Assembly: GCA_937958885.1 (NCBI GenBank)
Contig: CALGMT010000001.1
Coordinates: 21,735 to 85,734, forward strand
Direction: 5' to 3'
Length of the DNA: 64,000 nucleotides
Origin: an uncultured bacterium
GTDB lineage: Bacteria; Verrucomicrobiota; Kiritimatiellia; CAIVKH01
Under the pieces are notes generated by a model, which searched no databases, had not been told where the DNA came from, and saw only the letters and a program-made list of their open reading frames with translations. Shown here piece after piece: positions 27,456 to 35,645 of the stretch. Within the stretch, counting starts at the first letter, position 1. Each line of letters begins with the position of its first letter. The position numbers and the translations under genes were made by a program.

Positions 27456-29128
27456 GGCAGGAACGGCTCCTTGAGGAAAACGCGAATCTTGAACTGCCGC
27501 ACGTACTGGTCCGCCGGCGGAGTCGGCAACCACGTGATCTCGGTGGACGTCGTGAACGGCGCCGCTTCGCGCAGGCGATCGCGGAAGTCGCGGATGGGCG
27601 TCGCCGAGGTAATCTTGTCGAGGTACCCCGCGCCATCGATATCAAGCGCAATCAGTGCGCCGACCGGCGCGTCGGAGATCGGCGCCCGGCCCGCCGCGGG
27701 ATCGGGCGCCGCCTGCCGCACGGGCGCCACCTGTAGGAGGAACAGATCTTCCGGCAACGCCTCGTGCAGCGCGCTCAACAGCTCGAGCAATCGCACGCGC
27801 TTGGTGGCAACCGCATCCACGTCCTTGATGCGCTGCTGCAAGGTGGCGATTTTGGTTTCCGCATCCCGCAGCGGTCCAGCATAGGCATCCAGTTCCGCTA
27901 CGCGGCTGTTCACCCGGGCCAGGTGATCGCGCGCCAATCCGCTCATTCGGACGAAATACAAGCCCCACACCATCAGCACCAGCACCAGCGCCACCGCAGC
28001 CCCGATCAGCATGGGTTGCTTGCGGCGAAATATTTTTTCCTGAACGACCTTCGGCGGAAGAAGATTGATCTCGATGGGACAGGAATGGACCTTGCGCAGC
28101 GCCAGCCCGACCAATTGCGGCAGCTCGTGCGCATGGCGGCCGATTTCCTCCGCATCGATCTCCGGACTGACCGGCACGTTCACGAAGGGATTGAGGTAAT
28201 CGACGTCGACCTTCAGCTTGTCTTTTAAGAAGACATCCGTGTACGGGATAACCGAGGTGCCGCCGGCCAACAGCACGAGCGAAGGCGGCTTGCCGTTCTG
28301 CTGGCTCCGATAGAACTTGATCGAGCGGTCGATCTCGGCGTGCATGCGCGTCATCACGTTGCGCACGATTTTCGACACCTTGTCCGCCACTTCGCTCTTC
28401 GGCTCCTCATAGGCCCCGCCGAACGCGACGAACGCGTGCGCGCGCTTCATCTCCTCCGCATCCTCGAAGGACAGCTCGAACTCGCGCTGGATCTGCTGCG
28501 TGATCGCGTTGCCGGCGACCGGCACGCTGCGGATGAAGACGCGCCCCTCCTCCATGAAAATCAGATCGGTCGAGCGCGCGCCGATATCGATCACAAGCAC
28601 GCATCCCTGCGCGTCGCTGTAATTGAAACGAACCGCGTTGTAGAGCGCCATCGGCGCGACATCCACCAGGTCAGTCTGCAGCCCCGCCTGTTCCACCGCG
28701 TCGGTGAGCTGGACGATAATGTCGGCCTTGATCGCGGCCAGCATGACATCCAGATCCCCCTCGCCGCGCCCGATCAACTGGTAATCCCAGACCACTTCAT
28801 GGATCGGGAACGGAACGTTCTGCTGCGCCTCGTACAGGATGATTTGATACACCTTCTCCTTGTCCACCGGCGGCAGCTTGACGAAGCGCGAGAAGACGGA
28901 CTGGCCGGAGACGCTCAACAGGACCGGACCGGGCTTGATGGCCCGCTCCTGCATGATCTCCTTGATGGTGGTGACGATTTGCGGAATGCGATCGCCGTCG
29001 CTCTGCGGATCGACCAGCAGCGGTGCAACGCCGAACTTCACGAGTTCCAACCCGCCGGACTTCAGCGTGGTGAATTCGCCGAGCTTGATGCTGCTGGCGC
29101 CGATATCGAGAGCGAGTATGCGCTGCAT
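27452..29128 (-). CDS. pilM: PilM-PilN fusion (type IV pilus assembly actin-like ATPase-fold protein fused to a bitopic PilN-like domain)
   Basis: MQRILALDIGASSIKLGEF...VLVIDIGARSTDLIF...LLAGGTSVIP (PilM/FtsA-like). Then IEINLLPPKVVQEKIFRRKQPMLIGAAVALVLVLMVWGLYFV (PilN INLLP motif plus TM), a coiled coil and a C-terminal domain. 558 aa. Confidence 0.8.
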   Translation of the reverse strand: MQRILALDIGASSIKLGEFTTLKSGGLELVKFGVAPLLVDPQSDGDRIPQIVTTIKEIMQERAIKPGPVLLSVSGQSVFSRFVKLPPVDKEKVYQIILYEAQQNVPFPIHEVVWDYQLIGRGEGDLDVMLAAIKADIIVQLTDAVEQAGLQTDLVDVAPMALYNAVRFNYSDAQGCVLVIDIGARSTDLIFMEEGRVFIRSVPVAGNAITQQIQREFELSFEDAEEMKRAHAFVAFGGAYEEPKSEVADKVSKIVRNVMTRMHAEIDRSIKFYRSQQNGKPPSLVLLAGGTSVIPYTDVFLKDKLKVDVDYLNPFVNVPVSPEIDAEEIGRHAHELPQLVGLALRKVHSCPIEINLLPPKVVQEKIFRRKQPMLIGAAVALVLVLMVWGLYFVRMSGLARDHLARVNSRVAELDAYAGPLRDAETKIATLQQRIKDVDAVATKRVRLLELLSALHEALPEDLFLLQVAPVRQAAPDPAAGRAPISDAPVGALIALDIDGAGYLDKITSATPIRDFRDRLREAAPFTTSTEITWLPTPPADQYVRQFKIRVFLKEPFLP

Positions 29129-29153
29129 GTGAATAACGCGATTCCGGGGTCGC

Positions 29154-29765
29154 TTATCGGCTCGGCTTGATGGCCTCGTAGTCGTCGAAATTGATCATGG
29201 CAAACGGCGTCTGCATGCGGTTGAGCACGTATCCGTCCTGCGGGGCGAACGACTCCCACCAGCGCTGCTGCGCGGAGCCTTGCGGCAGCCCATCCCGCGC
29301 CACGATGGCGCCGCCCACGCGGACCTCGACCGCGACGCGCTCCACGTCCCCAAAGCGGTCCACTGTGCTCGGATGCAGGTAGATGTCGCTGCGGCGTCGG
29401 CCGCGCCCGATATTAATATAGGTCACTTCGCCCTTGAATAGCGTGCGCGGGTTGCGGCCCGGTTCGGGACGCTTCGATAGCGTCAGCACATAAAAGGTGA
29501 ACGTCGCCTCGTCGATCCATTCGGGCGCCACCTCGTAGTCCACAATGATCTGATACCACTGGCGTGTCCGCGCGGCGAACTGACTCTTTTTGATTTGGTA
29601 TTCCGGCGTATCAACTTTCGTACCCGTAATCCTACGAATAATTAGCGGGACCGGCGACGCGCCCGGCGCAGGCGGCGCGGCCGGCTGCGCCCATGCGGAG
29701 GTCGCGGGTATGCTGAGCACAACAGCCAACAGGCTAATGGCTGCGCGAGACGCGATGGACTGCAT
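29154..29765 (-). CDS. Small secreted protein of unknown function, first gene of the pilus-like operon
   Basis: Track ORF 29154..29903 trimmed to ATG 29765 (MQSIASRAAISLLAVVLSIPATSAWAQP = signal peptide with AWA-Q cleavage-like site). 203 aa with no recognisable motif. Confidence 0.5.
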   Translation of the reverse strand: MQSIASRAAISLLAVVLSIPATSAWAQPAAPPAPGASPVPLIIRRITGTKVDTPEYQIKKSQFAARTRQWYQIIVDYEVAPEWIDEATFTFYVLTLSKRPEPGRNPRTLFKGEVTYINIGRGRRRSDIYLHPSTVDRFGDVERVAVEVRVGGAIVARDGLPQGSAQQRWWESFAPQDGYVLNRMQTPFAMINFDDYEAIKPSR

Positions 29766-29943
29766 GGGCAACCTCCGGGGCGCTGATCTCTGGTGTGAAG
29801 AACTCATGAACAAACGATGCGTGTGCGCGTGAGTATATGACGGCCCGCGAAATGAGGTCAACAGCGCGATTGGGGGTAAATGCGATTTTGAGTCGCTTGG
29901 CATTTTGCGCTTCGCATGCTATTTCCCGCTCGCGATTCGGCTC

Positions 29944-31668
29944 ATGCAACAACTCATCCACGATATCGGTATCTGCGTCGCCGCCGCATGGGCGCTGGGA
30001 CTTCTCGCAAATGCGCTGCGCCAACCGCCGCTGCTCGCGTATCTGCTCGGCGGGTTCATCGTCGGGCCGGCCGGTCTCAACTGGGTCGGCGACCCGCGCG
30101 CGATCGGACTGGTGTCGGAGCTCGGATTGCTGTTTCTCCTGTTCATGATCGGGCTGGAGATCGACCTGCGCAAAATCGCGTCCGCGGGACGCGCGATCAC
30201 CGTGACCGCCGCTTCGCAGATCCTCGGCGGCCTCCTGCTGGGCATCGCGGTGTTCTGGGCGCTCGGTTTTGCGCTGGGCCATGACGGGCGCTGGGACGCC
30301 CTCTACCTCGCGGTCGGCGTCGCCTGCAGTTGCACCGTCGTCGTCGTCAAATTGCTCTACGATCGGCGCGAGCTCGACACGCTGGCCGGACGCATCACGC
30401 TGGGCGTGGTCGTGCTGCAGGATTTGTTCTCGATTCTCTTCCTCGCCATCCAGCCGAATCTGAACAACCTGAAGGCCGCCGTGCTGCTGCTGTCCCTGCT
30501 GCGCGTCGCGGCGCTCGTCGCCACGGCGCTCGCGTTCGCCCGCTACGTCCTGCCGCTGGTCTTCCGCCGAATCGCCCGCCTGCCGGAGCTGATGCTGATC
30601 GGCGCGCTCGCGTGGTGTTTTCTGATCGGGGAACTGGCGGCGCAGCTCGCGCTTTCGCGCGCGATGGGCGCGCTGGTCGCGGGCATCGCGCTGTCGACGT
30701 TCCCCTATGCGCTGGACGTGGGCGCAAAGGTCACCAGCCTGCGCGATTTCTTCGTCACGCTGTTCTTCCTCGGCCTTGGGCTCGCGATTCCGATGCCGAC
30801 CGGAAGCGTGGTCGGCTGGGCCGCCGCCGTGGCGGCCTTCACGGTTCTCAGCCGCTTCGCCACGACATTCACTCCTCTTTATTTGATGCGCATGGGCCTG
30901 CGAATCTCCTTTTTGCCGGCGCTCAACCTCTCTCAAATCAGCGAATTCTCTCTCGTGATCCTCGCGCTCGGCGTGCATGCCGGCCACATTGGCGAAGAAA
31001 CCAACGCGGCGGTCTCGCTCGCGTTCGTCGCGCTCGCCGTGCTCTCGTCCGTCGCCATCTCCAACAGCGACCCCCTCGTCCGGCGCATGATGCGGGGCGC
31101 GAAACGCCTCGGTCTGCGCGACCTGGATGCGGAACAAGCGCCACCCCCCGCGCCCGCCGCGGCGCACGGCGGGCGTATCCTGATAATCGGATTCTTCCGC
31201 GAGGCGAGTTCGCTGCTGGAGGAATTACAGCGACACGCGCCTCATCTGGTGCCGCGCATCACGGTGGTCGATTTCAACCCTGTGGTCTTTGAGGAGCTGA
31301 ACCGACGCGGAATCCATATCGTCTATGGCGATGTGAGCCAACGCGATACCCTGCTCAAGGCCGGCGCCGCCGACGCGGCGCTGTTCATCTGCACGGTTCC
31401 GGAGAGCCTGCTCCGCGGGATCACCAACGAGAAGCTCGTCCGCCAGTTGCGCGACCTCAATCCCCGCGCCCGCATCCTCATCACCACGGAACTGCTCGCG
31501 GAGGTGCCGCGACTTCGCGCCGCCGGCGCGGATTACGTCTATCTCCCCCGCATCGAGGAAGCGCGCGACCTTGCCGTCGCGGTCCGCGCCGCGCTTGACG
31601 GGATGCTCGACCAGAAACAGGCCTCCGTCGATCGCGAGATAAACGGTCGCCGCGAAGTGCTGCCGTGA
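29944..31668 (+). CDS. Kef-type cation:proton antiporter (CPA2) with C-terminal RCK/TrkA-N domain
   Basis: ATG 29944 (MQQLIHDIGICVAAAWALGLLANALRQPPLLAYLLGGFIVGPAG). 10-12 TM segments. C-terminal Rossmann-like RILIIGFFREASSLLEEL...VVDFNP. Confidence 0.85.
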   Translation: MQQLIHDIGICVAAAWALGLLANALRQPPLLAYLLGGFIVGPAGLNWVGDPRAIGLVSELGLLFLLFMIGLEIDLRKIASAGRAITVTAASQILGGLLLGIAVFWALGFALGHDGRWDALYLAVGVACSCTVVVVKLLYDRRELDTLAGRITLGVVVLQDLFSILFLAIQPNLNNLKAAVLLLSLLRVAALVATALAFARYVLPLVFRRIARLPELMLIGALAWCFLIGELAAQLALSRAMGALVAGIALSTFPYALDVGAKVTSLRDFFVTLFFLGLGLAIPMPTGSVVGWAAAVAAFTVLSRFATTFTPLYLMRMGLRISFLPALNLSQISEFSLVILALGVHAGHIGEETNAAVSLAFVALAVLSSVAISNSDPLVRRMMRGAKRLGLRDLDAEQAPPPAPAAAHGGRILIIGFFREASSLLEELQRHAPHLVPRITVVDFNPVVFEELNRRGIHIVYGDVSQRDTLLKAGAADAALFICTVPESLLRGITNEKLVRQLRDLNPRARILITTELLAEVPRLRAAGADYVYLPRIEEARDLAVAVRAALDGMLDQKQASVDREINGRREVLP

Positions 31669-31675
31669 AGCGAAC

Positions 31676-31711
31676 GCGGCCGGCGTCCGCTGCGGCGGCC
31701 GCACCGGCCGC
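31676..31711. terminator. GC-rich hairpin between convergent genes (possible bidirectional terminator)
   Basis: GCGGCCGG (31676-31683) pairs with CCGGCCGC (31704-31711). Lies between the kef stop (31668) and the ppk2 stop (31720). No U-tract, so support is weak. Confidence 0.25.
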
Positions 31712-31719
31712 CCATTCCG

Positions 31720-32622
31720 TTACTCCGACATCAACGCCCGGCGCGAGGCGGCCAGCGCGCGCTTGCGCTCGGGACTCACTTCGGGATAGGCCAGATCAAG
31801 CGAAGAAAGCGCCTCGATGATGGCCGCCGCGACCACGATGCGCGTGTACCACTTGTTGTCCGCCGGAACCACATACCAGGGCGCTTCAGGCGTTGCGGTC
31901 TTCCGAATCATGTCTTCGTAGGCCTCCATATAGGCCTTCCAATGGCCGCGCTCCTTCACGTCTGCGTCGGAGAATTTCCAATTCTTGTCGGGCGTATCGA
32001 TGCGCTCCAAAAACCGCCGTTTCTGCTCGCCTTTCGAGACGTTCAGGAAAAACTTTCGGATCACCGTTCCATTTCGGAACAGATAGCGCTCAAATGCCCG
32101 GATGTCTTTAAAGCGGTGATGCCACAACTGCTTGCCCATCGATCCCGGCGGCAAGCGCTGCCGTTCGAGCAGTTCGGGGTGCACGCGCACCACCAGCGTC
32201 TCCTCATAGTAGGAGCGATTGAAAATCCCGATCCGTCCGCGCTCCGGCAGCCGCTTGTGACAGCGCCACAAAAAATCGTGCGACAACTCCTCCGGCGACG
32301 GCGCTTTGAACGAGAAGACCTGGCACCCCTGAGGATTGATGCCCGACATGACGTGCTTGATCGCGCCATCCTTGCCCGCCGCGTCCATGGCTTGGAAGAT
32401 CAGCAAGACCGACCACGTGGTCTGCGCATACAGTTTGTCCTGCAACTCGGAAAGCAGTGCAACGCCGTCCTTCAATGCCTCTTTCGCGCGCGGCTTGTCC
32501 TCCTTCTTCAATTCGCCCGTGTCGGACGGGTCGTAGTCCTTCAACCTGAAAGCGCGGCCCTCCGTGACACGGTAGGGACGGGCCAATCGGCAGCTCTGGC
32601 GAATAAGCGATTTTTCGTCCAT
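31720..32622 (-). CDS. ppk2: Polyphosphate kinase 2 family (polyphosphate:nucleotide phosphotransferase)
   Basis: VLLIFQAMDAAGKDGAIKHVMSGINPQGCQVFSFKAPSPEELSHDFLWRCHKRLPERGRIGIFNRSYYEE is the PPK2 Walker-A/lid region. 300 aa. Confidence 0.9.
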   Translation of the reverse strand: MDEKSLIRQSCRLARPYRVTEGRAFRLKDYDPSDTGELKKEDKPRAKEALKDGVALLSELQDKLYAQTTWSVLLIFQAMDAAGKDGAIKHVMSGINPQGCQVFSFKAPSPEELSHDFLWRCHKRLPERGRIGIFNRSYYEETLVVRVHPELLERQRLPPGSMGKQLWHHRFKDIRAFERYLFRNGTVIRKFFLNVSKGEQKRRFLERIDTPDKNWKFSDADVKERGHWKAYMEAYEDMIRKTATPEAPWYVVPADNKWYTRIVVAAAIIEALSSLDLAYPEVSPERKRALAASRRALMSE

Positions 32623-32736
32623 GGGGTTGCGGCTCCTTTCACGCAGTTCATCGTTGCGCAGCCGAAAGGAGAAAGCGAGCCGTTTCGACCCGCGCTGGCG
32701 CTGGCGTCTCGATCACGGCATTGGCATAGTGCCCGC

Positions 32737-33480
32737 ATGCCGAAACGATTCGCCGTCATTGTGTGTCTGCTCATCATCGCAATCGTTTCGCGCAGTGCGC
32801 GGGCCGACGCGGGTCATCCCGCATGCTTCGCCGCAATCCCGCCGACACTGGACGGCAAATTGGACGATGCAGCATGGCAGTCGGCCGCCGTCCTCGTGCT
32901 CACCAACCAGTATCGCCCCGATTACCCCGTATCCAACCGCCCGCGCACCGAGGTGCGGTTCTGCTGGGATGACGCCCATCTCTACGCCGCCTTCTCGTGC
33001 GAGGACGACGATGTGTGGTCGTTCGGCGACCAGCCCGACAGCACGCTGTGGATCGGCGACGCGTTCGAATTGTTCCTCAAACCCTCCCGCGACCGCCGTG
33101 CGTATGTCGAATTCGTTGTCGCCCCAAATGGCACGCTCTATGACGCGCTCTATCCGAGCCGCGGCGCGGGCGGCGGCGCGCGATTCAAGACATGGTTCTC
33201 CGGCGCGCGAATCGCGACCGCAGTGGACGGCACGGACGGCGACTGGCAAGACACCGATCGGGGATACGTCGTCGAGTTGGCGATCCCGTGGGAGGCGTTC
33301 GCCGAAATCGCGGACCCGCCGCGCGCCGGGGACGAGTGGACGTTCGGAGCGTTTCGCTGCGAAGTCTCCCACTCGCGCGACGACACGCTGATGCTGATGA
33401 GCATCCCGAAATCGGGTCCCACCGGCTTCCACTCGTTTGAATTCTATCAGCCCCTCCGTTTCATCGAATCATCGGATTGA
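32737..33480 (+). CDS. Secreted carbohydrate-binding (CBM9/DOMON-like) domain protein
   Basis: Track ORF 31942..33480 has an N-terminal extension antisense to ppk2. ATG 32737 gives MPKRFAVIVCLLIIAIVSRSARA (signal), then PPTLDGKLDDAAWQSA...FELFLKP...YVEFVVAPNGTLYD...YVVELAIPW, typical of CBM9-like modules. Confidence 0.55.
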   Translation: MPKRFAVIVCLLIIAIVSRSARADAGHPACFAAIPPTLDGKLDDAAWQSAAVLVLTNQYRPDYPVSNRPRTEVRFCWDDAHLYAAFSCEDDDVWSFGDQPDSTLWIGDAFELFLKPSRDRRAYVEFVVAPNGTLYDALYPSRGAGGGARFKTWFSGARIATAVDGTDGDWQDTDRGYVVELAIPWEAFAEIADPPRAGDEWTFGAFRCEVSHSRDDTLMLMSIPKSGPTGFHSFEFYQPLRFIESSD

Positions 33481-33491
33481 ACGACAGCGTC

Positions 33492-34445
33492 ATGAACACC
33501 TTCCTCGGGATCGATCTCGGCGGCACAAAAACCGCCGTTTGTCTGGGCAACGAAACGGGCGCGCTTCGCCGCGCAGAGCGATTCAGCACGCGTGCCGACG
33601 ACGACCCGCGCAAATGGCGCGAGCACGTCGGCGCGCTGATTGCCCGTCTATTAGAGGAAGAGGGACTATCCTCTAGCGATATTCCCGCTGTCGGCCTCGC
33701 GGTCCCAGGGCCGATGTCGGTGAAGCGCGGCCTCGTGCTGGAACCGCCCAACATGCCGGCATGGCGGAATATTCCCGTCAAGGAGTGGATAGAAGAAATC
33801 ACCGGCCGCCCGGTGCGGATCAACAACGACGCCAACGCCGCCGCGCTGGCCGAATACCGGTTCGGCGAATTCCGCGGCGTCCCCGACTTGGTCTATTTGA
33901 CGCTGAGCACCGGCCTCGGCGGCGGCGTGATTTCCGGCGGTCGCCTCGTGCAGGGCGCCGATGATCTCGCGGGCGAAGTCGGCCACATGGTCCTCGATCC
34001 CGACGGTCCGCCCTGCCCCTGCGGACGGCGCGGCTGCCTGGAGCTGTATTGCGGCGGACGCAACGTGGTAAATGCCGTGCGCGCGCGGCTCGCGGGTGCG
34101 CCGCCGGGCATCGTGCATGAAGAAGCCGGCGGCGCTCTCGATCGCCTGACGTTCACCGCCATCGCGCGCGCGGCACTGCGCGGCGATCCGGTGGCCTCTG
34201 AATATTGGGAGCGTTTCCTCGAAAAACTCGCGCATGGCGTAGGCACGATCGCGATGTGTTTCAATCCATCCGCCATCGTGATGGGCACCATCGCGATACA
34301 CCTCGGGGACACGCTGCTTGAGCCGCTGTGGGAACGGCTCCCGCGTTATGCCTGGCCGCACAGCATCCAACAGCTCCGCATTCGTCCCAGCATGCTCGGC
34401 GCCCAAATCGGCGAACTGGGCGCCCTGGCGCTGGCCTTGGACTAG
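33492..34445 (+). CDS. ROK family sugar kinase (glucokinase-like)
   Basis: MNTFLGIDLGGTKTAVCLG (ATP-binding). ROK zinc motif CPCGRRGCLELYCGG. The track start 33477 is TTG, and I prefer ATG 33492. Confidence 0.85.
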   Translation: MNTFLGIDLGGTKTAVCLGNETGALRRAERFSTRADDDPRKWREHVGALIARLLEEEGLSSSDIPAVGLAVPGPMSVKRGLVLEPPNMPAWRNIPVKEWIEEITGRPVRINNDANAAALAEYRFGEFRGVPDLVYLTLSTGLGGGVISGGRLVQGADDLAGEVGHMVLDPDGPPCPCGRRGCLELYCGGRNVVNAVRARLAGAPPGIVHEEAGGALDRLTFTAIARAALRGDPVASEYWERFLEKLAHGVGTIAMCFNPSAIVMGTIAIHLGDTLLEPLWERLPRYAWPHSIQQLRIRPSMLGAQIGELGALALALD

Positions 34446-34455
34446 CGCGGCAGGT

Positions 34456-34776
34456 CTAAAACCGCACGCCCAGCGCGAGGGCAGCGGTGTGAATCACGCG
34501 CCCATCCGGGCGCGATTCGGGATCGAGCACCAACCCGACGGCCGTATCCGCGTCGGGCGAACCGAAAGGCAATAACGCGCGCGATTGAAATGCGTCGGCC
34601 TTGTCTTCCTTCTCCACCTGCCACGCGACCCAGCCCAGCACGCCGACCACCGTCAGCAGAAGCCCAATGGTCGCCACCGCATTGACGCCGGACTCCGCGC
34701 GTGCAGTCCGTGCCGGAGCGAACAAAAAAATGCCGAAAGCCAGCAGCGTTGCCGTTGCGCGATTAAATTGCTTCAC
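34456..34776 (-). CDS. Small exported protein, last gene of the Mla-like operon (C-terminal Phe, OMP-like ending)
   Basis: GTG start sharing one base with the mlaD TAG. Signal-like N-terminus ATLLAFGIFLFAPARTARA, one further hydrophobic stretch, ends ...ALALGVRF. 106 aa. Confidence 0.4.
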   Translation of the reverse strand: MKQFNRATATLLAFGIFLFAPARTARAESGVNAVATIGLLLTVVGVLGWVAWQVEKEDKADAFQSRALLPFGSPDADTAVGLVLDPESRPDGRVIHTAALALGVRF

Positions 34777-35645
34777 TAGAAAGCCCCGAAGAAAATACTC
34801 GAAAATGAAACGACAGGCGTCGTTTCGCGCAAATCGTCCACCGCCGCGCGGATTTCGCCCATCAGGCCGTCTACCTGTTGATACAGGCCATCGTCCTTGA
34901 CCAACCGGCCGAGCGTTCCCTCGCCGCGGTTGATGGTTTCGGCCGTCTCCCTTAACGCGCCGACTGTGCTTTCAAGATCGCGGTATAGGGAATCGTCGGA
35001 CGACAGCAGACGCCCGAGCGTGCCCTCCCCCCTCTCCAGCCGGGCGCTGACGGCGAGCAGATTGGTATAAAGCGAATCGTCGGACAGCAGCTTTCCGACC
35101 GTGCCCTCCCCATCCTTCAACCGGGCGGTCAGGATCTTGAGATTCTCCATCGTCTCTTCCAGGTTGCCCAACACGCCCCCGCGCTCAAGCGACTCGCGCA
35201 CGCGGCGCACGCCGTCGGTCAGCTCCGCGATAAAGTCCGCAGGCCCGCGCCCCGATATCGTTGCGTTATCCGGCAGCAGGGGTTTGTCCGGCGAACCCTC
35301 GCGGATTTCGACAAACTTACCGCCGAGCACCGAGGACGGCACCACCTGAATGGAATAGTCCTCGCGCAGCTCCAGCGGATATTCGAGCACGAGCGTCGCA
35401 TACACGCCGTCGCGCCGAACCGACAGACTCTTCACGCGCCCGACATCGACGCCCTTCACAAAGACCTTGTCGCCTTTGATCAACCCCGTCACCTGATCGA
35501 ACACAACCGTGACGCTGTGGCTCTTGGCAAAGAGATTTTCCTGGCTCAGGATAATGGTGAAAAACCCCAGCGTCAGCAGGATCATCATCAGGAAGAACCC
35601 GACGACCACTTCCAGGGACATTTGCTGCATTCGACTTCGCTTCAT
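34776..35645 (-). CDS. mlaD: MCE/MlaD family lipid-transport substrate-binding protein
   Basis: ATG 35645 overlaps the mlaF TGA (ATGA). N-terminal TM VVVGFFLMMILLTLGFFTIIL. MCE core VTVVFDQVTGLIKGDKVFVKGVDVGRVKSL. C-terminal helical repeats. Confidence 0.85.
   Translation of the reverse strand: MKRSRMQQMSLEVVVGFFLMMILLTLGFFTIILSQENLFAKSHSVTVVFDQVTGLIKGDKVFVKGVDVGRVKSLSVRRDGVYATLVLEYPLELREDYSIQVVPSSVLGGKFVEIREGSPDKPLLPDNATISGRGPADFIAELTDGVRRVRESLERGGVLGNLEETMENLKILTARLKDGEGTVGKLLSDDSLYTNLLAVSARLERGEGTLGRLLSSDDSLYRDLESTVGALRETAETINRGEGTLGRLVKDDGLYQQVDGLMGEIRAAVDDLRETTPVVSFSSIFFGAF

Larger units (their letters stand above)
22363..29765 (-). other. Five-gene type-IV-pilus-like alignment/secretin operon (secreted protein, PilM-PilN fusion, PilO-position protein, PilP-position protein, secretin)
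   Basis: All genes are co-directional. Junctions: 25-nt gap, ATGA overlap, GTGA overlap, 81-nt gap. See the individual CDS entries. Confidence 0.7.

Noticed and set aside
29734-31167. 477-aa minus-strand ORF antisense to the Kef antiporter gene
   Set aside because: The translation is a monotonous R/E/D/Q/H/G-rich string with no motif. It lies exactly opposite a well-supported transporter gene. This is typical GC-driven shadow ORF behaviour.
31942-32736. N-terminal 265 aa of the 512-aa plus-strand ORF ending at 33480
   Set aside because: This part is antisense to ppk2. A clean signal peptide starts at the ATG at 32737, in the divergent intergenic spacer.
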